Source: Octopus vulgaris
Taxonomy: Eukaryota
DNA length: 64,000 bases
Reading direction: 5' to 3'
NCBI GenBank assembly: GCA_951406725.2
Contig: OX597819.1
Span: 75,268,001 to 75,332,000, forward strand
Of the stretch, positions 42,746-57,285 are shown one piece after another; the stretch's first letter is position 1; every line of letters starts with the position of its first letter. Both the position numbers and the translations under genes were made by a program. Below the pieces are notes generated by a model. It saw nothing but the letters and a program-made list of their open reading frames with translations. It ran no database searches and had not been told where the DNA came from.

Positions 42746-43685
42746 GGTTTATTTGTTCGCTAAAATATTGTAAACAGCTCATGTTGCTCCTCATCTTCAG
42801 ACTGAATATTATTATTATAAGAGTTGTCGTTCATCCTGCTAACTAGCATGTACAGAACGTCATTTAATTGAATATATGACAAGTAAACAGAAACTGGGCT
42901 CGCAGTTTTGTTGGCTGTTATTTTTTCTTTATATTAATTTTGAAAAGTGTGTATGTGTATGTCTGTTAGTGTATGTGCAAATAATATATATATATATATA
43001 AATTTGCTATTTTGCTTATATTCTTCAAACAAATGAAGAAAAGGAATAGAAAAAGTTCATATATTAATGAAAATTTTTTTCTTTTTTTAATTAACAACTT
43101 AAACTGATGAACCATATAGTACCTGAGCACTTCTCAACCTTTAACATTCTATTTTACAATTATATATATATATACTGTTGAAATCACAGAGATAGAGAGA
43201 AAGAGAGAAAAATAGGATGCTTTTTTTTTTTTAATTTCACCGTTTGTTTACTTTTTTTGTTATGTCGTATTCTCATTTATTAATGTGTTTAGTAGGGAGC
43301 CACATAATTGAGTCCTGTTTCTATATAAATTTCAGTTTAATAAATTGATTGAAATAATGTATTTAGATTTTTCTTTGAATGTCTTTTTAACCAAAAGAAA
43401 AAAAAACAATCCCTCTCCCCCCACTTTTACAGAATCAAAGGAAAACAGTAAATTGTTTAGAGAATTCACATCGTTTCCTGAAGCAAAGGACTTAGTTATA
43501 TATACATGTGTGTGTATGTGTGTGTGTGTATATATATATATATATAGATACACATATATATATATATATATTACTGATTAAAGGTTTTCTTTGTTGACTC
43601 TTACATGCAGTTCTTTTTTCTTATTCTTCAGAATTTCATACTTCATCAGCTGTTACCTGATATTGTGTAATATCTTATAGATACG

Positions 43686-43722
43686 AATAATAATAAATAA
43701 TAATAATAATAATAATAATAAT
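43686..43722. repeat. (AAT)n microsatellite
   Basis: Direct read. Confidence 0.9.
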
Positions 43723-44122
43723 TACTGTAATAACAGTACTTTTCATCTACTACAACTGTTTCCATAGTTTATCTTAGCAGTAATTGTCTTAGGTTAAAAA
43801 AAATAAACCGGCTGTTATTAAGTTGTAGTATTGAAAACTCGACCTTTTTCTTTTTCAAGAAAAAAAATATTGAAAAATATATGGTATGTATATGGGTGTA
43901 TATTAAATATATATTTAAATTTCTTATTTCAGCTTTTTTTTTTTTCATTAATCATGTTCAATTTGATATGGAATTTCATTTTTCATTTTAGTTCATAAAG
44001 TTTTGCCATATCTCAAATTATGAGGAAGACTGGCATATGTATCATGGTCAGTGGCTGCCTTGTATGCCTTGTCTTAAACATTTGTCTTTTGAAACATATA
44101 ACCCTGCTCCATCTCTTTTTTG

Positions 44123-44128
44123 AATAAA
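44123..44128 (+). terminator. Candidate polyadenylation signal for the clathrin 3' UTR (other AATAAA near 42044, 44374, 45088)
   Basis: AATAAA downstream of the stop codon; cannot tell which signal is used in such AT-rich sequence. Confidence 0.3.
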
Positions 44129-47100
44129 CATTAATAGAACTTCACAATTTAAAAACAAAAAAAAAAGAAAAAAATGTAAAATAGGCTAAACTAGATTTTT
44201 ATGTTTAAACAACTATTGGCAACAAGTTCTATCCCTGTCTGTCTCCTCCCTTTCCCCCGAAAGAACTAACATTATATATTCATTTGTTTGAAATGGTGCT
44301 GATGAATCGGTCCATCACTACTTTGACTTCATTGTCTTGTACGGATGGACAAATTCAATCATCAGCTTCAAATGAATAAATAAACTCTACATGTATCAAG
44401 TACATTTTCTCCCATCTTTATACACACGCACACATTACATACAGTCACATACTTTGAGACATCCCCCTCCTTACTGACTTTTTTTTTGAAGATTGTTCAG
44501 CAATTGTCTTATACTTTCTTTGTGATTATGGTTCTTATTCATTCATTTAGGAAGGAGATCCTGGTAAACAAAAAAAAAATTGTTCATTTTGTAATTTTTC
44601 TTAATGTTATGTGTATAACAAGAATTTGTGGAGTCCTTCCCATTTCAGTGTTGGGCTGTTTTGGGTGGTCTCTAGTTTCCCCAGAGATTTCTAAATGCAT
44701 ATGGTTGGTAATACTATTATTATTATTATTATTGTTATTATTTTATGGGAGACACAACTACAGCAGAAATGGCAAATAACAATAACTGGAGTGAGTTCTT
44801 TTGGGTTTTTTTTTGTTCACTTCAACACCTCCTGTCATTGTAGTTGCTTTAACTGCTGTTGCTGCTATTACTACTACTACTACCACCATAATCAATGGTG
44901 GTGATAGTGGTAGTATGTGTGGCATCATTGTTGTTGTCTTCGTTGTTGTTGAGGACAACCTTGATACGATCAAGGTTCAGTTACTGCTCATCTATCACTG
45001 ACAGTTGCTAAATAGTCCTCTATTGAAGATGATTGAATAGCATAGTATCTACTACTAAATCAGATGTAAAACTCTATACATGTTCACAAATAAATAAGCA
45101 AACCATAAACTGCAAAATTGCCTTCTTGTTCTTTCTTTGCAACTCTGACCCTTGCCCAACTTTAATCTTATCATGGTGACTTTCACATTATTGTTTTATT
45201 TAGTTATATAAATATTTTGTTATGAATGTTTAATTCCTGATTTCTTTTGAAATGGCAGTTATTGAATGGTCTGACCTTTTGGGGAAGGGAGAAGAGACAT
45301 TGTAGCAGTGATGCCACTCTAAAGACATTAGGATATTCAAATGAAGTGAACTGGTGTCAGCTACAGTTGAAAACCATCTTACTGCGACGGTTTGACAATA
45401 ACGCTTCAGTTAATTGTTTTTTGTTTCTCTCTCTCTCTCCTATACAGAAAAGATCTTTTTATGCAGTAAATAATCCAGCTGACCAGATTGTCTAGCAAGT
45501 TTTGTTGTGCTTCACCCAATTTTCTTTCACTAACAATAACACTGTTTTTCTATTCAAACTGGATGTAAACAATGGCAATGGTCATCAACCTAAGCACTTT
45601 GCTTATGCTTTTTCCTAAATATTGATTTACTGTCGATCTATAATATGGTATTTGAACAGGAGAAAATTGGAATGTTACCATGCCTGAATATATTCTTCAG
45701 TAATTAAACAAAACGACTAGTTAATGCAGTTTGAAGCTTGATTCAAAGACGTTGATGTTAAATCTAGATGCAGTTATATAAAAATTGTCTAGTACAAAGT
45801 AATTGAAGGGTATGCTGATTTCAAGGTCATTAGAAAAGTTAGTTTCATGAAGATATGGGTATTATAGGAGCTTGCATTTGTTCAGTTCAATGCTTTAGAA
45901 ACCTTAATATATGGTATGGCTTTGAAGTTTGTGTGACAAAAGAAATCAGCAGGCCTTCAGCTTAGTGTTCCAATAGTTCTGGTAGCATCTATAAGCTGAA
46001 GCTTTTGGAAAATTTAGCACTTTGGGGAGCACTGAAAGGAATAGTGAATTTGCCAGTCAGTGTTAATAGTAATGTAAGTGCCAGGAGTTGTTTGGCATTT
46101 TAATCCTTTTGATCTAGGAAGAAAATTTTTTAAATGGCTTACCTAAGGATAGCATGGTTATTCTTTCAAGTGGTAGTAGTATTTGTCCAAACATTTTTAC
46201 GATTTTTTTTTTTATCTATATGCCAATTAGTGTATTCTAATTGATCCAGCTAGTAGACTAACAGTTAATCCAAAACCTACAATTACACTACAGGAATGTA
46301 CACATATAAAAGTTGTTTCTAATTTTACAGTCCTTTGTTGCTAAAGATGTCACCTTTTGTAGTTGATTAGCATGAAAAGTTAAGGTCCTGGATTTAGATT
46401 TTAACAAAAGTGTGATAATTCTGGGAAATCCTTGTGTGCGGAGGCTAAATTTGAAGAGTTTGTTAAACAGCAGAAGCTTATGCTCCTTAGTGACCTTATA
46501 ATAAAGAAGTACACCTGATATTAATCAAAAGTTTAATTTATGATGTAGAAAGTATGGCAACTGACATTCCAAGGGAAAAGGCTGCTAATATTGATGCAGG
46601 AGAAATTAAAAGATGTAAAGTTACTCAGACAAGTTTCAAACAGCTGCATTTCTTGACTGTCTTGAGCATAAGTCTTTATATTTAATATAGCCAAGGTGGT
46701 AGTTTTTATTATTAAAGAAATAGAGAAAAAGTAAACTCTGTAGCTTCTACTTTTGCTGTAGCCTCTGATAGTGGTGATGGGGATGATAATTATGCACTGG
46801 TGATGGATTTCATGAAATGAGATAAAGTTCCTAATATTAATTAGTGAAATAAGGTAGCAAGCTGGCAGAATAGTTTGCACACTAGATTAAATGCTTAGTG
46901 GCATTTTGCCTGTTCTGAGTTCAAATTCTGCTGAGGTCAACTCTCATCCTTTCAGGGTCAATAAAATAAGTAGCAGTTGAGCACTACTGGGATTGATGTA
47001 ATCAACTTATTCCTTCTTCTGAAATTGCTGGCCTCGAGCCAAAATTTGAAACCAATATTAATTAAAATGTAATTAGTTTTTTTTTGTGTGTGTGTGTGTG

Positions 47101-48132
47101 TGTGTGTGCAACATATTAGCTTTTTATTTATTTATTTTTAAAAAAAAGTTTAACAAGTGAAGCAAATCAAACTCAGTGCGTGTATTGAACATATAGTATT
47201 AAGTTCATGCACCACACTCATAACACCAGTACAAGGTAAAGAATTAGAGCCAGCTCTTCATAAAGGTAAATATTTTGGTGTTTTTTTAATCATTGTTACA
47301 TGCATCTATATTTTTTTTTGCTCTCAGATTATATTATGTAATGGTAAGATCTGAGGATCAAGGTGTAGGAAGTTAGTAAGCTTCAAGCAGTCTGTTAGTG
47401 TATAAAAAACAACTTTCAGGAACAATAGTGGTTTGACATAGAAGGTTGTAAATTTTTCCCATACTGAAGTTCAATAAGCTGAAAAAATTATTTTATAGTT
47501 CTCCGTTAGCAACTACAGTTGCTATATGTGTAAATAATTTGGATTATATATATATTCTTTTAGGAGACATTTTTGTGATGAAGTAAATAGTCAAAATTGT
47601 ACATTTATATTTATTTTATATTACAGGCACAGCCAAGTGGATAAGTTTACTTTCCAACCACATCGTTTCTGGTTCAGTTCCACAGCATGGCATCTTGGGT
47701 CAGTCTCCTAGTAGTCCTGGAATGACCAAAGCCTTGTTAGTAGATTTAGTCATTGGAAACTGAAAGAAGCAGGTATCACCATGACAACTTCCTCTGTCAT
47801 GATCAATGCGACAATCGCATACTACACACCTTCCTTCCAAATACTGTTGTAAACACCAGAAGTGAGCTAGAACATTAAAACTTAGTGCACAGCAGAGTTC
47901 CAAGGTCAATCTGTGCCAAGCGGCTTCACTCTGCATGCTTTAGCTTCATTATATATTTATTGATCAGACCTCGAATTTGTGTGTTTGTCCCACCCTGCTA
48001 TTGCTTGACAACTGATGTTGATGTGTTTATGTCCCCGTAACTTATCAGTTCAGCAAAAGTGACCAATAGAGTAAGTACTAGACTTACAAAGAATATATCC
48101 TGGGATCAATTTCTTCGACTAAAATCCTTTAA

Positions 48133-49156
48133 CCCTTTCATTACTATATTTCTGACCAAAATACACCCCTTATGTGTTTCAATTAATTTCTAACATAATC
48201 ATAAATTTAGTCTGGTTTCATTAAACAACTATAACTTTTTATTTATCAATATATTAACGTGAATTTTGGAAGATAATTTAATGAAATGTTCTCAACCAAT
48301 TCTATACTATAATTTTTGTCACAAAGTGACTCTAATTGCAGGTAGATACAGGTAAATTCAACAAAATATAAAATTATTAAAATTTTGTTCAAACATCGCT
48401 ATAGAAAATGGGTTATTAGCTAATATTCAATTGGGTATACAACAAAATTTTACGATAGAATGTTATTCTGGGTAACTTTCTGATACCCATAATAATATTT
48501 ATGGCAAAATAGTCTTAATTTCATTTAAGGTTATGGGAAATGACTAACTATCCTTTCTTTCGTTTTGTTTACATTTAGCGTAACGGTTCGTTTCTGCCGT
48601 AATGATTTCAAATAGGCTCATTCGAAAAAGTAAAAAGAAATAGTCTAAGGCTTTACTCTTCTGGGAAAGTCTGTGGCTTGGTCCAGTTTCTCCAGAAAAA
48701 TTACCGAAAAAAACAGTTTTTAAATTTTCACTCCATTCAGGTACCAATTCATTTTCTTTATTGCTGTCGGAGCTCTCGGATTCAGTTTTCACTTTCAGAA
48801 AATGAAACATCAGATTCATTATCAAATACCACATGCTTTTTTTTTTCAGTCATAGAGTTAGATTTATGAAGATCTTCAGTAGAAAATCCTTCGAATTCTG
48901 ACTCGCTGCTTGATATAATGAAATTCGTATCCATTTTTTGTCAGAATTACAAATTTTGAAAACACAATAGGAAAAAATCTCCCAAAATTCACGGAATTAA
49001 AATTACACTTTGATTTTTGTACAAAACTGTAGTTGAACTCTTTACGAAGTATAATACGTATTTTCATGAATGTACTAAAGAGATTTGCTCTGATATTCTC
49101 ATTTAAATATGAATAGGTAAATTCAGGCAGCTTTGGGCGGTTTGGTAACGAAAGGG
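48133..49156 (-). mobile_element. Non-autonomous piggyBac derivative, 1024 bp
   Basis: TTAA at 48129-48132 and 49157-49160; 13-bp TIRs ccctttcattact / ggtaacgaaaggg (11/13); minus-strand N-terminal transposase remnant FSGETGP...LDYFFLLF...ITAETNRYA. Confidence 0.9.
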
Positions 49157-50273
49157 TTAAGGTGGTGCTCCAGCATAACCAGTCAAATTACTGAAACAAG
49201 TTAAAGGATATCATTCTAACATTCTCTTTCATGCTTGCATGGATCAGATAGTTTGAGTCAGATTATCTACAACCAGATGCTCTTCCTATTGCCATCTTCC
49301 ACATGTTTCCAGTCAAGCTTATATTACCCCATGGTCAACTGTGTTTCCACAGAATATTGAAAATAAATGATACTGACATTCATTTATGACTATCACAAAA
49401 CATCAAGACAAAGACAGAAACACAAGACAAACTTTTTTCAGTTTCCTTCTACCAAATCCACTCACATGGGCTTTGGTTAACCTAGAATAGAAGACACTTG
49501 CTGAAGGTGCCATGTAATGGGACTGAACCCCAAACCATGTAGTTAGAAAACTAACATCTCCAACACAGACATGCCTGCATCCATAAAAAAACAGCCATTT
49601 TTCACAAGCAAGTACAACTTGGTAACATACTGTATCATTACTGTTTTGCAAGCAAACAGACATACTTTCAGCCCTCTCTCTCTTTATTCAGCAGAATGTC
49701 TAGGACGAGAGCTAGAGGGAGAGAGGGCTACATTAGAACTTGATTCCTGCTCATTTCAGCTGAGTAAATTGGAATATAAAAATGTTGTTCACAGGTACGT
49801 ATCCCCTGGTTCAGGAATTGAACCTATAATTGTGAGCATGACACCCCAACTGCTAGGCCATGAGCCATCACACACACACACTAGCAAGAAGACTCTGGTA
49901 ATCAACAATAACATCATGGTGTAATTTATATAAATTCAGTAAACCTTCAGTACAAACAACAGGCAGAGTAATTGGACTAAGTAACCCATGTGACTTTTTG
50001 TTTTTTTAGAAAGAATTTTTTAATTTCTGTTTTTAACAACTGAAATAGCAAATACAATTTTTTGAAATCCTTTTTTCCATTTAATCTGAAACACTATGTT
50101 TTAGTATCCCTTTCTGCAGTTTAAAACAATTCTGAAAAATGTTCCAAGAGAACAATTTTTAAAATGAAAATATTAGAACCAGGTGTATACTCAGGATTGA
50201 AGAGGGATATCTGAAATCGTTCAAAATTGAAGCCAAATCAGAAATAAAACAAAACAAGATTTACTTTTGAGAG

Positions 50274-50279
50274 TTTATT
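50274..50279 (-). terminator. Probable CRIPT polyadenylation signal
   Basis: AATAAA on minus strand ~300 nt after the stop, followed by a GT/T-rich tract (cttgttttgttttattt, ~50258-50242). Confidence 0.55.
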
Positions 50280-50579
50280 CACAAAACATATCTTAAATTT
50301 GAATTTAATTGAGCACTAACATTCCGTTAAATTGTTTTAAACTTCTAAAGGAAATATATATTTACAATGTTTTCAGTCAAGTTTTGAACCAACATAGACA
50401 TACAATGCATAAAAAGAAGTTGTGGAGCCTTTGGAAATTGATACACTACATAAGTGACCAAGAATAAATAACTGCTTATATCTGAAAATGTATTTTATCT
50501 CTAGTAAATATGTGTTGTTAGCTGGTATATCTTCATTCTAGTAGCTTGTAGAAAACTGGATATATATTACCCACTGATC

Positions 50580-50644
50580 TCACACTGAGCTTTGTCGATA
50601 GTTTTTGGTATCAATAACTTTCTTACCACACATTGCACATATTC
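50580..50644 (-). CDS. CRIPT: CRIPT terminal exon with class I PDZ-binding motif
   Basis: Minus strand ttgcag|GA ATA...; (G)ICAMCGKKVIDTKNYRQSSV* (human CRIPT ends DTKNYKQTSV). Confidence 0.95.
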
Positions 50645-52405
50645 CTGCAATAGAAAGATAAATAAAGTGAGAAGTGTTAAGACAATAAAAACAATGATTT
50701 CTTTCAGACAAGAAACGAAGGCAATGAACCTGAGACTGGCTAATCGGAACGTGTATAACCAAGGAAGCATTTGTTCACAACAGCAATATATTTTTTGTTT
50801 TTATACTATATTTAAGAGGAAGAGAAATAAGATGTTTGAGCTTTTTCAAAAACATTAGCAGTGTAAGTGAAGCACATTTATTTTTAACTGGTAATTAAAA
50901 CCATGCTGCATTTTGTCATGCCAAAACCCATTCACTGTTCCATAGCACTAAATACAACTAAAAAATAAAAAATAGTATACATCAGTGGCATTTTCTGCAA
51001 TGCCTAAGATATATAAATGAATGTAATTTGGCATGAAAGACAATGCTTTGGAGTATTTCTTTCAAATCTTTCTGCTCTGAATTAAAATTTTGCTGGGTTA
51101 ATTTTGCCCTTCATCCTTTCAGGGTCAATAAAAAAGACTATAAAAGAAAAAGCAGCAGTCCACAGCAATGAATTGGTGGAACTGTGAGAACATTGGACCG
51201 GATGCTTTATGGTATTTGTTCTATTTGCATTCCAAGTTCAAATCCAACAATGGTCTGCTTTGATGGTAGACTTAACTCTTCACATGGATTGCCTTGGGTG
51301 CCTTTAGCAGAGTTCACTCTGTTGCAAGTATTCAGGCCAGGTTTCTGATTTGAGGATACCTTCCTCTCTCCCTTTCATGAGTTCTGTAGGCTCTGTAACA
51401 TTCTCTGAATACTACCTTTCCCTCCAGTTTTTATAAGAGACAGCTGGGGAAAACACATGCATGCTTTCCAGCCATGTGATTTCAGATTCAGTCACTGCAC
51501 AGCACCTTGGGCAAGTGTCTTCTACTGGAGCCTCTGACCAACTAAAGCCTTGTGAGGGGATTTGGTAGATGGAAGCTGAAAGAAGCCTGTCATCTGTACA
51601 TATGGTGACCTCACTAGTGCTGGTGGCATGACGAAAGCACCCAATATATGTTGCAATGTGGTTAGCAGAAGGAAAGACAACCATGCCAAAATAAACAGAG
51701 CACACTGCAGTTCTTGGACCTGATGTATCCTGTCAAAATATCCAACCCATGTCAGCATGGAACATGAATATCAAATGATGGGGACATAATATGTATAGCA
51801 TAATTAGTGGAGAAAGAACAGTGCCCACAAGTGTTTTGCTGAGTTTCGAAGACAACTGAGAGCAAAAGGAAGGAGAAACTATGACTAACAGGTTACTACA
51901 GTAGAAGGCAGTGTATCAAGATATAATATCATAGGTCTACTTGATCAGGGCTGAATTGGTGCTAGCAGAAATAGATTTGCAATAATTTGATAAGATAAAT
52001 ATGAAGAGATGTGAGTTTTTCATGAGTCTAAGAAAGTCAAATCTGATAATATTCACTTAATTTTTCCTGAAATCTGTAGCTTGTTAGGCAGGATGAAAGT
52101 CAACATAGCATTGCATAATATTAAAACAAACAAGGCAAACTCAATATGGCCATCCATCCAGCTAAAAACAGCAATTGACTTCTCAGGAACTACACACACT
52201 AGTCTTAAAAATAAATAGATCATGGCAAACAACATGGTCCAAGCTATACAAAATGGTCAGTTGCTTATTGCTAGAATACTTTTGCTCATAGGTCTGCTCA
52301 GTTAGGGCTGACTTGGAACTCCAAAACAACATACCACATAGTCACACATACGCACATTCATTTGCTTATATGCTCATAAAGTATAAAATAGGGGTAGCTA
52401 CTTAC

Positions 52406-52423
52406 CTTTCTTGTATGCACAAG
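52406..52423 (-). CDS. CRIPT: CRIPT 18-nt microexon, (A)CAYKK(G)
   Basis: Minus strand ccttttcttttgacag|CTTGTGCATACAAGAAAG|gtaag; supplies exactly the conserved CAYKK missing between the flanking exons, phase 1-1. Confidence 0.93.
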
Positions 52424-55400
52424 CTGTCAAAAGAAAAGGATAAAAGATTATGTTATGGGAAAAGAGGTAAATAATATTGCATGAAAATAACAGAAAACAT
52501 TAGAGCAGTGTTAAATACAACTGGATAAGTAATGAACCAACAACAAGGCTTCTATATGGTTGCTCCTCCTACCAGAAAATGCACCTAAATTTCCATTAAA
52601 TCTTGCCCCCAGATGTTTCTATAACAGCCTCAGCTCCTCAGTGATGGCTGGTCTTGTGTTAACACCATTTAAGCATACTCAACTTCTTGTCTTCCCTTCT
52701 CTTACTACCCATGTTGTATCCAATATCCCCCAGATTTCACACTAAACTGCTATCTCCAGAACACTGTCCCGTTCCATCCCACCTCTGCACTTGTCAACAC
52801 ATCTTTCCTACAGTCATTGCCTTGCAACAGTGTGAGCAGAATGACATCAAACTCACAAGATTTGGAGAGCCAATAAAGGCCATGTACACTATTCTTTTCT
52901 ATAGACCTAACTAACATACACAAAAATGCTTGAATAAAGATGGGATGGTCACATCTAGAATATCTGATCATAGGTCTGCTTAATCAAGGTGGACTTGGAC
53001 CAAAACAATAACTGCAAATACTAATTGAAAGGAGAGGGGTGAAAACTGAAGGTAGCTGTCAGTTTGATATTTAAACTTTTATATACTAGCCATATCCATC
53101 AGCTTTATTGCTTATATAGTAAGCTAAAGCTCATGGTTACCAATGTAAAGATAACAGAACAATTTGTCTGATGCATTAACCTTTTAACACTGCATGAAAT
53201 CATTGAATGTTCATATTTAAATTGAAACCCTAATAAAAGTCTTAAAACAAGTGGTATTGTGAGATTTCAATCGGTCAACATCAGTGTAATTAAACAGTAA
53301 ACATGAAACCACAAGATTGCAAGCAAACTTCTTAACCACACAGTCATATATTTATTCATAATGTATTGGTACCTTCATAATTATTGTCAGGCCGTCAACC
53401 TTGTACCATTGTTATGTAAATAATGAGTTGTGCATACAAAATATTTATATTTTTAAAGAGTTCTCTTACTTTATCATATCTTAGGAATATGAGGTGAGCT
53501 GATGTATTGGCAAATAACAAAATTGGGAGCTCAATCCTCACCCCAAGCTGCTAAAAAGGCCCTCATAGGATTATAGAGTCCTGCAACTAGATTCCGCAAA
53601 CTGGTTTCAAATTGTAGATGGAGGAGGTGGCAAAATGCCTTTTCAGTTACTGTCATCATCATCATCATCATCATCGTCTAATGTCCGTTCTCCATGCTAG
53701 CATGGGTTGGACGATTCGACCGGAGATCTGGGAAGCCAGAAGGCTGCACCAGGCTCCGGTCTTATCTGGCAATGTTTCTACAGCTGGATGCCCTTCCTAA
53801 CGCCAACCACAGTTGCAATTAATAATATACAGAGAGATATGAACTCTGCCAGGGTGATACATGTTTGATGTGGGATCTAAGCTATGTCTACAAGCAGAAG
53901 AGATGTAGAGTAGTGATGTAGTGTAATACTTTAGTATACTGCAGTATAGGACTTCAAAAAAATTGTGTCAATATTCTCAGACTTCATACCAATGCTAATT
54001 TGTATTTCAAAGTCATCGATAAATTAATTCAATTTAAACACTTTTCTAGGTAACAAGTTGGCAGAATCTTTCATACAATAAACAAAATGAGCTGTGGTAT
54101 TTATTTTGACTCACTGTGTTCTGAGTTCAAATCCCACTGATGTCAACTTTTTCTTCCAGCCTTCCATGGTCAATAAATAAAGCAAAATCCTAGGACAGGG
54201 ACTGGAAAAATTGTTAGATATCAGACGGGATACCTTACAGTATCTGTTCCAGCTCCTGTCATTCTGTGTTTAAATCCTACCATAGTCTACTTGGGTTTTA
54301 GACTTAACCCATTGCTTGGTTACCATCACTATTTGGTCCTTGGATGGCTTTAGCAGAGTCCATTCTGTTGCAGGTATTTGGACTAGGTATCTGGTGAAGT
54401 ATACCTTCCCACCCCTCTTCACTAGTCTTGGAAACTCTACAAAGGGTCATGGGCATTGCTTTTCCTTTTGAGTAAATGATAAAAAAAATTCCAATACACA
54501 CATATTAAATTACGTATTAAAAGAAGCTCTAGTAATGTAAATATTATCAATCACATGTGCACAGTGTATGTGTTTTGTTTATAAGCCAAGTTTGCTATGG
54601 GATAACATCTGGGAAAGCTCCCTACACAAAATGAGTGTTAAAGAAAACCAAAATGTCACAGACCAAGTGAGACAACTCGCCTCAAAATGAACCACAACAA
54701 ACCAAACTACTTCTCTTCCTCACATTTCCACTTCATGCACTATGCTTACCTCCCACTCCCCAATCCTGTCCTCTTGGCCCTGTGCCACTGTTTCACTGCT
54801 CTCCGCTAGCCCGACCTGTGTATTCCACCCACACACCCTGTCTCTCTGTATTATTGCTATCTGCTGGCCCCTGACCTGTGTGTTCCACCTACACATAACA
54901 AGAAAACTTTTCACTCACCCTACCCCAACAAACCAATCTACATCTCTTCCTCACGTTTCCTCCTTCATACACTATGCCTAGCTCTCACTCCCCAATCCTG
55001 TCCTCATGGTCCTGTTCTCTGTATCATTGTTATCCGGTAGCCCCCCCAGACTATATACACTCAAGTTTTCGCCATTCACTCCCCCTCCCCTGCACTCTTT
55101 CATCACACTTCCTTCGCAATATCCTGCTACTTAAATTATGGTATTCGAACCTCAAGAGTATGCCCTGGCACTTGGCACCATCTATATCTCTCTCTTCCTT
55201 TACTCAACCATCCCGTTTATATTCCAATCCCCGCACCTCGTGAGTATGCCCAGCATTTTGCCACCGTCTCTATCCTGCTGTCTCCTACTCTCTCTCTCAC
55301 TCTCCTGCACTTCCCTAAGGTTGGGTAACCATGTGTTTCCTTTGCGGTAGCTCACCTATTTCTGTCTTCATTCCTGATCGATCTCTCTCTCCAACAAGGT

Positions 55401-55829
55401 AACCTTGAACTTCCTTCAAACAAGACACCTGTTTCTGTCTCTCTGTCTCACTACAGCCTTTCATCATCCAACACAAAATCACCTCTTCCAATGCCCCTTC
55501 CCTTTTTTTATGTCTTGCAAGTACTCGGTGACCCTGCCAGTGCAGGTGCCACTTAAAAGCATCCAGTCCACACCGTAAAGTGGTTGGTGCTTGGAATGGT
55601 ATACAGCTGTAAAAACCTTGCCAAAACTGACTTCGCTGTGCTTGAGCCACATAAAAAGCACTAAGTTCACTCTGATGAGTGGTTGGTTTTAGGAAGGGCA
55701 TCTGGCTGTTAAAATCCTGTCAAAACAGTCACAGAAACCTGGTGCAGGCTTCTCCCTGGCTGGCTCTTGTGAAACCATCCCACCCATGCTAACACAGAAG
55801 GCGAATGTTAAACGATGATAATGATGATG

Positions 55830-56215
55830 ATATCTTTTATCTGTTTCAATCATTAGACTGTGGCCATGCTGGAGCACCACCTTAAAGAACTTTCAGTCGA
55901 ATTGACCTCAGTATTTATTCTTTTTAAGCCTGGCACTTATTCTATCAGTCACTTTTGTTGAACTGCTAAGTTACAGGGACATAAACAAACTAACATCAGT
56001 TGTCAAGTGGTTGGGAGGGGACAAACGCAGACACAAGATCACATACATATACATATGTATAATGGGTTTCTTTCAGTTTCCATCTACTACATCCACACAC
56101 AAGGCTTTGGTTGGCCTAAGGCTATAGCAGAAGACACTTGCCCAAGGTGTCTCACAGTGGGACTGAACCTGGAACCATGTGGTTGGGAAGTAAGCTTCTT
56201 ACCACATAGCCATGC
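55830..56215 (-). mobile_element. Composite SINE copy (same family as ~47630-48128 + 49161-49210, 37825-38075, 62580-62770)
   Basis: Shared blocks ttgcccaaggtg..cagtgggactgaacc and ggccatgctggagcaccacc recur several times in the window. Confidence 0.7.
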
Positions 56216-57285
56216 CTGGCATGGGTTAGACAGTTTGACTGAAAACTGGTAAGCTGGAGAGCTGCACCAGATTCCAATCTGATTTGGCATGGTTTCTACA
56301 GCTGGATGCCATTTTTCCTAACGCCAACTACTCCAAGAGTGTAATGGGTGCTTTTTGCATGCCACCAGCATGGGTGCCAGTTACTTAACACCAACATTGG
56401 CCACAACTACGATTTCAGTTGGCTTGATGAGTCTTCTCAACCGAGGCATATCACCAAAGGTCTTAGTCACTTATCACCTCCGTGAGGCCCAACGTTCAAG
56501 GGGTACTTTTTACATGTTACTGGCACAAGTGCCACTTATGTGGCACCAGTATTGGCCACAACTATAATTTCACTTGGCTTGATGCGTTTTCTAAAGCACA
56601 GCATATCACCAAAGGTCATGGTCACTTGTCATTTCCTCCATGAAGCCCAACATTCGAAGATCATGCTTCACCACTTTATCCCATGTCTTCCTGTCTACCT
56701 CTTCCCACAAGTTCCCTCCACTGTTAGAAATCAGTACCTTTTTTTACAGTTGTTCACATCCATATGCATCACTTGACCATATCAGCACAGTTGTCTCTCT
56801 TGCACACCACATCTGATGCCTCTTATGCCCAGCTTTTCTATCAAAACATTTACACTCTGTCATGCATGCACACAGACATTGCACACCTAGCAAAGCATAC
56901 TAGGTTCATTTCTTTCAAGCCTATGCATGTTCTCAGCAGTCACAGCCCATGTTTCACTGCCATGTAGCATGGCTGTTTGCACACAGGCATCATACAGTTG
57001 CCTTTCACTCTGATGCAGAGGCCCTTTGTTACCAACAGAGATAGGAGCTCTCTGAATTTGCCCAGCCTGTTCTTATTTTTGCAGCTATGCTCTCAGAGCA
57101 TCCACCTCCACTGCTAAGTTGGTCACCTAAGCAACAGAAGCTATCAACTACTAGCTTTCCCTGCTGGCATTGGATGGAGTTTATTTTCTGTATATTTTTA
57201 GTGTTTATTGTACCTGTGCACCTTCCATGCACAAAAACTATTTCCTCTGTAACCTTCCTCTGATATTACTGCACCTCTTATGTGT
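56215..57285 (-). mobile_element. 5'-truncated RTE-clade LINE (3' part), degenerate
   Basis: Minus-strand motifs VVDSFCCLGDQLSSGGGCSESIAAKIRTGW and RGR.RKTWDKVVKHDLRMLG; a related 3' tail ending in a (CAT)n tract is at 53653-53810. Confidence 0.8.
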
